Position numbers and translations under genes: made by a program. Under the pieces are notes generated by a model that searched no databases, was not told where the DNA came from, and saw nothing but the letters and a program-made list of their open reading frames with translations. A stretch of 37,064 nucleotides of DNA, taken from NCBI GenBank assembly GCA_022709505.1, contig JAKLIR010000001.1, positions 1 through 37,064 on the forward strand, given 5' to 3'. Source of the DNA: a bacterium. GTDB lineage: Bacteria; UBP15; UBA6099. Positions 24,768 to 33,709 of the stretch are shown here, piece by piece (within the stretch, counting starts at the first letter, position 1; every line of letters starts with the position of its first letter).

Positions 24768-25637
24768 ATGAAGATATGTCTTAAATGCGGCAATAGATTC
24801 GAAAGACCTGAATGGGAATGCCCCGCATGTAATTTTGCTCCCACGAACAAAGGTGGGTTTCTTTCTTTCGCGCCTGAACAGTCGAACGGCGGCGATGGTT
24901 TCAAGGAAGAATATTTTGCTGAATTGGAGAGTGTGGAGAACAATAATTTCTGGTTCCGCTCGCGGAATGAGTTGATCATTTATGCATTGAAGCGTTTTTT
25001 CCCGGAAGCAAAAACCATGATGGAAATCGGTTGCGGGACCGGTTTCGTATTGAGCGGGATCAAGAAAGCGCTACCTGAAATTTCAGTAACGGGAAGCGAA
25101 CTGTTCAGCGCGGGGCTCGGTTTCGCCGCAACGCGATTGCCCAAAGCCGACCTGTTTCAGATGGACGCACGCAAGATTCCTTTCGAGCAGGCTTTCGACG
25201 TGATCGGCGCTTTCGATCTTATAGAACACATAGAGGAGGACGAGGTGGTGTTGTCACGGATCCATAATGCACTTCGTCCCGGCGGGGGGCTGATTCTCAC
25301 CGTGCCGCAGCATCCATTTTTGTGGAGCGATTTCGATAGGATCGCCTGTCATGTGCGAAGGTACCGGGCGAGTGAATTGAAGGCGAAAGTCGAGCGCGCG
25401 GGATTCAGAGTGGTCAAAACGACATCCTTTATGTACTTGCTTTTCCCATTGATGCTCGCCATGCGGCTGAAGCCTGTGCCGGACCCCGAGAAATACGATG
25501 TCATGAAACCTATGCGTCTTAGCCACGGCATAAATAATATTTTTGAAATGCTGCTCGGATTCGAGCGCGCTCTGATCCGGATGGGAGTTGCGCCTCCGTT
25601 CGGAGGTTCCCTGCTGCTTGTGGCCGAGAAGAATTAG
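24768..25637 (+). CDS. class I SAM-dependent methyltransferase with an N-terminal zinc ribbon
   Basis: 289 aa. CLKCGN...ECPACN forms a CxxC...CxxC ribbon. Motif I is MMEIGCGTGFVLSGI. DVIGAFDLIEHIEED and LRPGGGLILTVP follow. Confidence 0.8.
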   Translation: MKICLKCGNRFERPEWECPACNFAPTNKGGFLSFAPEQSNGGDGFKEEYFAELESVENNNFWFRSRNELIIYALKRFFPEAKTMMEIGCGTGFVLSGIKKALPEISVTGSELFSAGLGFAATRLPKADLFQMDARKIPFEQAFDVIGAFDLIEHIEEDEVVLSRIHNALRPGGGLILTVPQHPFLWSDFDRIACHVRRYRASELKAKVERAGFRVVKTTSFMYLLFPLMLAMRLKPVPDPEKYDVMKPMRLSHGINNIFEMLLGFERALIRMGVAPPFGGSLLLVAEKN

Positions 25638-25687
25638 TGCTTCAGAAAGCGATTTTCACAGTCCGAAAAAATTCAGCCGACGGTCTG

Positions 25688-26968
25688 TCAGAACGGTAGA
25701 TATTTAGCCTGTTTAACGCACATTTCGTCGAACATCTTGCGTGCTTTATCTTTGTCCGGCGGGCATTGCGGGTCTTTGAGTAGCGCCTCGAAGGCGAGTT
25801 CCTTGTCGCCTTTCGCCGCGGCATCCACTATCAGCGACTGAAGTTCGATCTGAAGCCTCATCAGTTCCGCGAGTGATTCCTTGACCGGCGGCACTGCTAT
25901 CGGGTGTATCCCATCCCCGTCGCAGAAGGCCGCAACCTCGACCATTGCGTCTTCAGGGAAATTAGGCACATAGCCTTTGTTGGGAACATTCACCGCACCC
26001 ATGTAAACCCGCTCGCCCGTCGTCATGCTTTCTATGATCGGCAGGGTAAGCTCTCCCGACTTCCGTATCAGATTCTCCGGAATACGCGAATTCCTGTCGC
26101 CGCACGCCATCGTCACCGAGTTTCTCATGGCCCATTCCTGAGAGAAGAAAAAATAGAATGGATATTCCAATTTCTTTAGTTTGTTAGGCGCGGGTATATA
26201 TTCCGCCACGTGACTGTCGGTGGATGTGGCGAGCATTCCGTGGTCGCGATAGAGCTGGGCGACCACGGGTCCCCAGAAAAGCGGGAACACGGAAATGTGT
26301 TCATGAACTCTCGGATAGAGGTCTTCGCCGGTCTTCTTGTTCATCAGCTTGTAGAAAAAAGTGAAGTGGTTGATACCCGACGCTTCGCCGTCGATGTCTT
26401 GTACGGGCGTGAAAAGCGCGTTCGCCACTCTTTCTATTCCGCCGTGAAGCTCGTGGCACAGCCCGACGTTGCGCAACTTCGTGTACCTGTTTATCGCCAG
26501 ACAAACACGCGACATCGGGTTTGTCAGGTTTATGACGAATGCATCCGGGGCGTACTTTTCTATATCAGCGCAGATGGACAGGATCAACTTCACGCTACGG
26601 AGTGAATGGAACAATCCTCCGGGGCCGCCGTTTTCACCCATTATCTGCGACGATCCGTATTTCTTGGGAATCGTGTAATCTTGTTTCCAATATTTGAACC
26701 TTTCGTTTTCAACAGAAGTGAGCACGAATTTCGCGCCGTCGAGCGCTTTTGCTATGTCTGTTGTCTTCTCTATTTTGATCGGCGATCCGGCGTCCTCGTT
26801 CAACCGTTCCGCCGCTTTGTAGCAGATGTCGAGGCGCTTCTTGTTGATGTCCACCAGAACCAAGGTTGCTCCTCTTGCTTTCTCGGACATGATTGCGTCG
26901 TACACCGTCACCGGCCCGAAAGACATTCCCGCAGCGCCAACCAATGCTATTCTCAAATCTTCGTTCAT
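25688..26968 (-). CDS. glycoside hydrolase family 4 (NAD+/Mn2+-dependent alpha-glucosidase/galactosidase type)
   Basis: 426 aa. The N-terminal Rossmann segment is RIALVGAAGMSFG. It also contains INLTNPMSRVC and the GH4 catalytic-region motif NVGLCHE. Confidence 0.85.
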   Translation of the reverse strand: MNEDLRIALVGAAGMSFGPVTVYDAIMSEKARGATLVLVDINKKRLDICYKAAERLNEDAGSPIKIEKTTDIAKALDGAKFVLTSVENERFKYWKQDYTIPKKYGSSQIMGENGGPGGLFHSLRSVKLILSICADIEKYAPDAFVINLTNPMSRVCLAINRYTKLRNVGLCHELHGGIERVANALFTPVQDIDGEASGINHFTFFYKLMNKKTGEDLYPRVHEHISVFPLFWGPVVAQLYRDHGMLATSTDSHVAEYIPAPNKLKKLEYPFYFFFSQEWAMRNSVTMACGDRNSRIPENLIRKSGELTLPIIESMTTGERVYMGAVNVPNKGYVPNFPEDAMVEVAAFCDGDGIHPIAVPPVKESLAELMRLQIELQSLIVDAAAKGDKELAFEALLKDPQCPPDKDKARKMFDEMCVKQAKYLPF

Positions 26969-27378
26969 TCAAACCCTCCCAAGAAGTTCTTTCTTAAACC
27001 ATTCAAAGAGTACAAAATATAAACAATAATAACAATACATTGTCAGAAAACCCCAAATTCAGCGTATTTTGCCGGATTTGACAATTGATTTCCAGCATTT
27101 CTGTTTAATTCCTTCATTTCCAATCCGTGAAAAGGATTATTCAGAAAAATTAAAATTATTTCTAACTTCCGCAATAGAACCATCGTGGGCCGCGTATTTT
27201 TAATAGAAGGTGAGTTCAGAGATATTGGAATATGCTTATGATCGTGCGGATATCTCCATTATTTTCCGAATGGCGGATACGCTTTTAGGGGCTGCACGTA
27301 CTGATTTACTTTGACTTGTAATTAGGCCGGACGGTAATAAAATGGATTATCAGGAATATTGATAGGAGATGAAAAATC

Positions 27379-28041
27379 ATGACGACGGGAATAGACCTTA
27401 GTCTCTTTTCGCTTCAAAGCAAATTATTTCTTAGCCAGACTCTGCTTTCTTCGCTGAGTACCTCGTCATCGAACAGCACGTCGGATTCGAACTCGATAGG
27501 AAGTCTTCTTACATCGCTCTTGAACGTGAAGAATTCAGCGATCACCCAGACCTCCAACATTTCATTGCTGAATCTGAACAGCGCCGCGATGGCTTTGAAT
27601 GCTTCAAACACGACATCCATATTTAGCAAATCGTCCACTCCGGACGCATCGACTCTCGAAACGGACATAACGAATTTCGTTTCCGCTTTTAACAAAGCCG
27701 TCCAACTCGACGCCGCCGGCTCTTCGCCCACCGGCGAGTTGGCGTCCCTCGCCGAGAATAATTCGGAAGCTCTCGCGTCCATCGGGATAACAGTGAACAG
27801 CGACGGTACGTTGTCAGTTGACGAGGCTGCTCTGAAAAATGCCATTGCAAATGACTCGCAGGCCGTCGAAGACGCATTCAACGGCGCCGGTTCATTCGCC
27901 GCATACGTTCAGTCGAAAGCCATGAACGCCGTTACTCAGTCTCTCTCGGGAGTGAATTTATTGTCGTCCTTGTACGGGAGTTCGTCTTCTTCCGATCTCA
28001 TGACGACTCTTTCGGGACTGCTCTATAACACAACGGCATAG
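27379..28041 (+). CDS. Ser/Thr/Leu-rich protein with a FliD (filament cap)-like C-terminal segment
   Basis: 220 aa with an AGGAG ribosome-binding site. The N-terminal half is low complexity (SSLSTSSSNSTSDSNS). The segment ITNFVSAFNKAV...LASIGITVNSDGTLSVDEAALKNAIANDSQAVEDAFNG resembles the conserved FliD C-terminal block (GI....dGtL..De..L..Al...p..V...F). It is far shorter than a normal FliD. Confidence 0.4.
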   Translation: MTTGIDLSLFSLQSKLFLSQTLLSSLSTSSSNSTSDSNSIGSLLTSLLNVKNSAITQTSNISLLNLNSAAMALNASNTTSIFSKSSTPDASTLETDITNFVSAFNKAVQLDAAGSSPTGELASLAENNSEALASIGITVNSDGTLSVDEAALKNAIANDSQAVEDAFNGAGSFAAYVQSKAMNAVTQSLSGVNLLSSLYGSSSSSDLMTTLSGLLYNTTA

Positions 28042-28135
28042 AATCAGGCGAAACTTTCATGGACGAAGATATTTAACGCAATCTCACTGTGAAATCATCT
28101 TCCAGTTAAATTATGAATGTATGTTGCGGTTTAAA

Positions 28136-28184
28136 CCGAATCCTTCGTTGGGATTCGGCGGACTATCTTCGAATCCGGATTCGA
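28136..28184. repeat. cluster of GAATCC/GGATTC inverted repeats
   Basis: A hairpin pairs CCGAATCC (28136-28143) with GGATTCGG (28151-28158) around a 7-nt loop. A perfect 16-bp palindrome, TCGAATCCGGATTCGA (28169-28184), follows. No T tract follows either element. Confidence 0.6.
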
Positions 28185-28421
28185 AACGAACCCGTATTTA
28201 TTCTCTGCTTTGAATTGTCTTCTTAAACCGAAAGACACGGCCACGACTCCCGATCTGTTTTTGATCATCAAACGAAGAGTTTTTCGCGGGAATTTTCCGA
28301 TCTCTTGTAATGTCTCTCATGAAGGACGAATTTAAGGCCGATTTATTATTTCTGTGAAACATCTATAATAACTGATGCATTAAGCGGGAATGATTTTGAA
28401 CGAATGAAAGGAAATCGAAAG

Positions 28422-29138
28422 ATGAAAAGAATTATAACCGGCATAGTTTCTATCGCGATATGTCTGATGATTCCTATTGCGGCGCACTCGGTCGATAAAA
28501 AGAACACGGCTTCCGGCGAGGCGAAGCCTTCCGTGAAACAAGAGGGGAAGAGCACGTCGAAAAAGGATTTGGCGATCGTATTGGACATCGGGAAAACCGC
28601 CGAAGATATCTTTAACAATGTGAATGCCGGGAAATGGAAAGCGGTGCCCGGCAAGATCAAGCATCTGAGAACGGCGGCGCTGAACAGCGATCTTGCTCGC
28701 ATAATAGGCGGCGATGACGCGAAGAAAGTGAACACCGCGTTGGATGCGATCGAAAAGGCCGCCGCGGATAAAGACAAGAAAAGCGCGCTCGAAGCTGCGA
28801 ATCAGTTAACATTTTTAGCTATTAACATAGCGGGGCGCTACAACCCGGCGATTCCGGTGGGAATTTCGCTGCTCGAATATTTCGGCCGCGAACTTCAGCT
28901 CGGTGCGGCCGCGAAAGATACCGCACGAATAAACGCCGCGATAAAAAATATCAGAAACACATGGGACATGGTTAAGGGGCCTGTCCGCGAGCATGGCGGC
29001 GTCGTCGAGGAAAAAGCATTCTCCCTGCTCGTGCTCGGGCTTGAAAAAGCGGGCTCGTCCTCTGCAATCGTCAGTTTGTATCCGCGAGTGATCGAGCAAG
29101 TGGGCCGGCTCGAAAAGGTCTTCGAAAAGAAGCGTTGA
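28422..29138 (+). CDS. secreted helical protein of unknown function
   Basis: I prefer the ATG at 28422, which has an AAGGA ribosome-binding site about 10 nt upstream, over the ORF-track start at 28404. The signal peptide is MKRIITGIVSIAICLMIPIAAHS. The remainder is Ala/Lys-rich. Confidence 0.6.
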   Translation: MKRIITGIVSIAICLMIPIAAHSVDKKNTASGEAKPSVKQEGKSTSKKDLAIVLDIGKTAEDIFNNVNAGKWKAVPGKIKHLRTAALNSDLARIIGGDDAKKVNTALDAIEKAAADKDKKSALEAANQLTFLAINIAGRYNPAIPVGISLLEYFGRELQLGAAAKDTARINAAIKNIRNTWDMVKGPVREHGGVVEEKAFSLLVLGLEKAGSSSAIVSLYPRVIEQVGRLEKVFEKKR

Positions 29139-29273
29139 TGTTGAAACGAGTATGTGGAACAATCGGATATGAACAACATCTTCGCGGCGACGGAGAGTAG
29201 CCGGGCTTCGAAACAAAAGGGGAAGTATGTTGATTCCGAAGCCGAAAGGATATAATTTTCATAGGAGGATATT

Positions 29274-29534
29274 ATGGCGATAGAAGCGTACGACAGTCTC
29301 TCGATCTGGAGATGTCCTTCGCTCGGCGGTCCGGTGCCGTTCAGCCATTGTCGAAAAACAAACAATAATCTTCCATGCCAAAGCATAGTCGCGTGTTGGA
29401 GCAACCAGATAGATTTGCAGGCTTTTCTTAGCGAAAACTACACTCACGAGGAACTGCAACAAGCATTAGGCGTCCCCAAAAAAAGCCGGATCGAAACGAT
29501 CCTCGAAGCACTGGATAAAAGCAAACAAAAATAG
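29274..29534 (+). CDS. small Cys4(His) protein of unknown function, possibly metal-binding
   Basis: 86 aa, with a strong AGGAGG ribosome-binding site 6-7 nt upstream of the ATG. The N-terminal half reads RCPSLGGPVPFSHCRKTNNNLPCQSIVACW, containing C14, H25, C26, C35 and C41. The C-terminal half is a charged helix. Confidence 0.6.
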   Translation: MAIEAYDSLSIWRCPSLGGPVPFSHCRKTNNNLPCQSIVACWSNQIDLQAFLSENYTHEELQQALGVPKKSRIETILEALDKSKQK

Positions 29535-29719
29535 TTGTCTTGCCAAGATTTTTCGTTTCCAAGCAACCTTCAATTTGTAGTTTCATGTGAGCGATGCTCC
29601 CGCATCGTGAAAAAGTGTGGATTACTGTTGACTAACCTGTTTGACTACTGCCGTCGTAAGCATTATCTAAAGAAAATCGGGAAATATTTTTATTTGAAGC
29701 TATAATCGAACGCCAGTTG

Positions 29720-29746
29720 TTGACACAAGGGGAATTTAGCTATAAT
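29720..29746 (+). promoter_or_regulatory. candidate sigma-70 promoter with both hexamers at consensus
   Basis: TTGACA lies at 29720-29725 and TATAAT at 29741-29746. The spacer is only 15 nt, which is short. It lies about 35 nt upstream of the signal-peptide ATG at 29780. Confidence 0.4.
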
Positions 29747-29779
29747 TAAATATATTCGTGTCTTCGGAAGATAATATCA

Positions 29780-30687
29780 ATGTATATGGCCATCAAAAGA
29801 ACCGCATTGTTTTATATTGGTTTATTTGTTTTGTTATCATATTCATCCGTCTATGCCGCCAATAACACATATCAGTAGGTTTTTGCTTTAACATAAACTC
29901 CGGAATCGATGGGCAATACAAAGCGGTGTTTACAGATTGGGTGAAAGCTCTTGGAGAAAAAGAGGGCATAAATTTTGAAATAAAAAATTATAACGATCCA
30001 CAAAAATTCATAGACGATGCCAATAAGGGTTTGATAGACATAGCCGCGGCGATACAAGAGGAAGATTATTACTCTATCTTAAAAAAGAAAAAATTGACGC
30101 CGTTTATGTCCGTCAAGGTATTCGAAAAAAAGGAATTCATATATTGCCTTTATGCAAAGAAAGGAAAAGATTACAAAAACATAAGCGATCTGAGAGGCAA
30201 GCATGTTTTAACAACTAAAGAAATGAGTAAGTATTTCATTTTGAGGAAGCTCATCGGAAAAAATCCTGAGGAAATGTTTGTGCTGGGGATAAGCCCTAAC
30301 GCACTTTCGGCGATATACGCACTCGGGCTGGACGACACCGATGCGGTTTTTACCGCCGATATGACTCTTGATTATTTTAAGATAACCAACCCGGGCCCGG
30401 TCAGGAAAATTGTTCCCGTGGCATGCACCGGGGGGATAAGATACCTTCCAATATTCAAGTCTTCAAAAGTTAGCGATTCCCTTGCACGGAAGTTTGTGGA
30501 TTTCGCTTTGAATATTGAAAATGTAGCCGAAATGAAGAAATACATTCCCTTGATGAAACAAGTTAAATTTTCTTTTTATACCGTAACGGAAGACGATTAT
30601 AAATCTTTCGTAAGTCTGCTTGATGAAGGGAAAAAGCTCGGCTGGAATAAAGATTTTGATAATTGGCTCAAATATCAAAAGAAATAG
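29780..30687 (+). pseudogene. PhnD/SsuA-like periplasmic substrate-binding protein, frame-disrupted between signal peptide and mature domain
   Basis: The ATG at 29780 opens a 32-codon signal peptide, MYMAIKRTALFYIGLFVLLSYSSVYAANNTYQ, which stops at TAG 29876-29878. The binding-domain frame is offset by one nucleotide and is open from 29866 (HISVGFCFNINSGIDGQYKAVFTDWVKALGEKEGINFEI...) to 30687. The ORF track models only 29926..30687, from an internal GTG. Confidence 0.55.
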
Positions 30688-30733
30688 ACGGGAAGAATAT
30701 TTCTTTCATCTCAGATTCCATTCCATCCATTTT

Positions 30734-31375
30734 CTAATGAATGAGGAACGGTTTAAGATGCAGAAAATCGAAAAATATGACTACTAAAGGCCAGAGGTAT
30801 CTGTGAAAAACGGCAATCACCGGCAAAGCGCAACAGAGACCGATCAGCGCGCCCGCGGCGACATCGGAAGGATAGTGCGCGCCGACGTATATCCGTGAAA
30901 ATGCTCCGAGAAAACCTATCGCCAGAAACAATGGCGCGAGATTCGGAAAATATGCGGCCAGCAAAACCGCGCTGCCGATGTATGCAGAGGAGTGCCCTGA
31001 TGGGAATGACGATGTTCGAGAGAAAAAACGGGCCGGGACTCTTAAAGAGACGCCTTCGATTGTTTTGTACGGTCTGTCCCGCCACCAGATGTTCTTAATA
31101 ACACCTTCCGCCGCGAGTTCCGCCAATCCAATTCCAGATAGCATCGCCAACACAGGTTCGAGCAAGGGTTTTTCGAGCCATATAATCCCGATAAAAAGAA
31201 CGAGAACGGAACCGATGATCCACAGTCTTCCGCTGTTTCCGGCGTTGGATAACACCGGCATAACCACGTCGAAGACAGGATTACGGAGCCGGTCGTAGCA
31301 GAATAGAAAAATCTTCTCGTCGGTTTTCCGGAACCGGCCGTTTATTGTTTTCGCGCGGTTTTCTTCACTTATCAT
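30734..31375 (-). CDS. PAP2-family membrane phosphatase (phosphatidic acid or undecaprenyl-diphosphate phosphatase type)
   Basis: All three PAP2 motifs are present: KNIWWRDRP (KX6RP), FPSGHS (PSGH) and SRIYVGAHYPSD (SRX5HX3D). Confidence 0.88.
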   Translation of the reverse strand: MISEENRAKTINGRFRKTDEKIFLFCYDRLRNPVFDVVMPVLSNAGNSGRLWIIGSVLVLFIGIIWLEKPLLEPVLAMLSGIGLAELAAEGVIKNIWWRDRPYKTIEGVSLRVPARFFSRTSSFPSGHSSAYIGSAVLLAAYFPNLAPLFLAIGFLGAFSRIYVGAHYPSDVAAGALIGLCCALPVIAVFHRYLWPLVVIFFDFLHLKPFLIH

Positions 31376-31440
31376 AATAGGTCATAAATTTTGGCATCTG
31401 GCGATATTCGAGTCAAGACGGGGTTTTGGGAGCGGCTGGA

Positions 31441-33363
31441 TTATATTTTTAACTGAACTCCGACTTCCATAACTTGTTCTGGGGGGATTTCGTAGAAAGC
31501 GGTTGCGTCCTGAGCGTTTCGGGACATGAATGCAAACAGCGCCGCGAAACGAGGTTTCATTGCGCCGCCTCCGGGCAGCAATTTCTCTCTACCGAGGAAG
31601 AAACAAGCTTTACCGGCATCGAAATCCAACCCTTTTTCACGCGCAAGTTCGAACGTTTTTTTTATGCTCGGGCTTTCCATATATCCGTGTGATATCTGAA
31701 CCCGGTGGAACCCCATTCCGAGTTCCTCTACCTTTACTTTTTCCTCGTCGGGAACTCGCGGTTCGTCCTTACTTGAAAAATTCAGGATTGCGACTTGGCT
31801 GTGAATAATCCCGTTTTGTGAAAGATTTTTAAGAAGGGCGGGAGGCACTATTTCCGGGTTGCCAGTCATGAAGACCGCTTGACCGGGTACTCGTTGCGGG
31901 GGATTACTTCTAATGGTTTTCATAAAGTCGCTGAAAGAAACCGTGCGTGACTTTAACTCCGCCGAAAGGACTTCGCGGCCTTTCTTCCATGTGGTCATCA
32001 GGAGGAAAATACCGCCGGCGATGACGAGAGGGAACCACGCGCCGTTGAAGAGCTTTGTCATGTTGGCGCTGAAAAAGGTGATGTCCACGATAAGGAACAT
32101 GCATACGATGCCGCCGGCGATGAGACGACTCCAGCGCCAGCGTTCGCGCGCGACGCGGTAGAACAGGAAAGATGAAATCAGCATGGTGCCGGTCACGGCG
32201 ACACCATAAGCGGCTGCGAGCCTGCTCGAAGATTTGAATCCGAGAACAAGCCCGATGCAGGCGATCATCAGAAACCAATTGACGGCCGGCACGTATATCT
32301 GACCCACGTGGTGCTGAGAGGTGTGCAGTATCCTCATGCGCGGCAGATAGCCGTACTGCATGGCCTGCCGTGTCAGGGAGTATGCGCCGGAAATGACCGC
32401 TTGCGATGCTATTACGGTCGCCATCGTCGCGAGAATTACCATCGGTATCACGAACCAATTGGGAACCAATCCATAGAACGGGTGGAAAGTTTCTTTAGGG
32501 TTTTCAAGCAAGAACGCGCCTTGCCCGAAGTAGTTTAGAAGCAGCATGGGCATCGCGAAGAACAGCCACACGATGCGTATCGGCTTCTTTCCGAAATGAC
32601 CGAGGTCCGCGTACAAAGCTTCCGCTCCTGTAACGCAAAGAAAAACCGAACCCATGGCGAGGAAACCGTGAAACTTGTTGTTTACGAGAAATTTTATTCC
32701 GTGCCACGGAAAAAGGGCCTGAAGAATGTCCGGCCTCTTGATTATCGCATTTAGTCCGAATGAACCGATGACCACCATCCAAACTACGATGATTGGGCCG
32801 AACAGGGCGCCTATGCTTGCCGTGCCCCTGTACTGCAACACGCAGAGCAGCGCGAGTATCGTGACCGTAGCAGGTATGATAAACGGCTTTAAGCCCGGCG
32901 CGACTCTTTCGAGCCCTTCGACGGCGCTGAGCACCGAGATCGCTGGCGTGATCATCCCATCTCCGTATAGCAGAGAAGCCCCGAAGAGACCCATCGCTAT
33001 GAGAAGCCAGCGGTTCGATTTGTTTTTCGAAACGATCGACGCCACCAGCGATGTGAGAACCAGCACTCCGCCTTCGCCTTGATTGTCGGCTCGGAGAATA
33101 AAAATCAGATATTTCAATGTAACGATGATCGTCATCGCCCAGAAAATCAGGGACACGATTCCGATCACGTTCGCACTCAACGGATGTATTGCGGCTTCGC
33201 CGGTGAAACATTCGCGTATGGCGTATAGCGGGCTTGTTCCGAGGTCGCCGAACACCACGCCGAGAGCCGCCAATGAAAGCCCGGCCAATTCGAGATTTTT
33301 CGCGTTTGGTCGTTGAACTGTTTCTTGTTTATCTTTTAATTGGGAGTCTTCCGCGTTGTTCAT
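31441..33363 (-). CDS. kup: KUP/HAK/KT-family potassium uptake transporter
   Basis: 640 aa. It contains the hallmark N-terminal LGVVFGDLGTSPLYA. About 12 TM helices are followed by a cytoplasmic C-terminal domain of about 180 aa. Confidence 0.92.
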   Translation of the reverse strand: MNNAEDSQLKDKQETVQRPNAKNLELAGLSLAALGVVFGDLGTSPLYAIRECFTGEAAIHPLSANVIGIVSLIFWAMTIIVTLKYLIFILRADNQGEGGVLVLTSLVASIVSKNKSNRWLLIAMGLFGASLLYGDGMITPAISVLSAVEGLERVAPGLKPFIIPATVTILALLCVLQYRGTASIGALFGPIIVVWMVVIGSFGLNAIIKRPDILQALFPWHGIKFLVNNKFHGFLAMGSVFLCVTGAEALYADLGHFGKKPIRIVWLFFAMPMLLLNYFGQGAFLLENPKETFHPFYGLVPNWFVIPMVILATMATVIASQAVISGAYSLTRQAMQYGYLPRMRILHTSQHHVGQIYVPAVNWFLMIACIGLVLGFKSSSRLAAAYGVAVTGTMLISSFLFYRVARERWRWSRLIAGGIVCMFLIVDITFFSANMTKLFNGAWFPLVIAGGIFLLMTTWKKGREVLSAELKSRTVSFSDFMKTIRSNPPQRVPGQAVFMTGNPEIVPPALLKNLSQNGIIHSQVAILNFSSKDEPRVPDEEKVKVEELGMGFHRVQISHGYMESPSIKKTFELAREKGLDFDAGKACFFLGREKLLPGGGAMKPRFAALFAFMSRNAQDATAFYEIPPEQVMEVGVQLKI

Positions 33364-33709
33364 ATTGAGAGCTTATTATCCTACTCGCATACTGCCGTCT
33401 TAGCATTTTATTTTGATTCGTCAGTTCGCACCGATTACCGCGAACTTGAAATTCGCTTCCGTATTCTACCCCATCCTAATAATAAAAAAAAGTTGAGCAT
33501 GGGAAAATGTCACGGAAATCGATTTTTCCGGGCGCCTGCTTTCGGCGAGAAATCATGCCCCGAAAAACTTTTTTCCGTTAAAGAATGCATTTATGGGAAA
33601 TACAGGCTAAATTATCGAGCGGAAAGTGATGTTGCTGTTTGTTTCTATTGTTACAATATAGCGGCGAGTGTTATATTGAGCCCATGACAGCTAAGGAAAA
33701 ACATTACAA

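Noticed and set aside
33340-33687. A 115-aa + ORF between kup and cdsA.
   Set aside because: It starts inside the kup 5' end and runs through the divergent promoter region. It has no motif and no ribosome-binding site.
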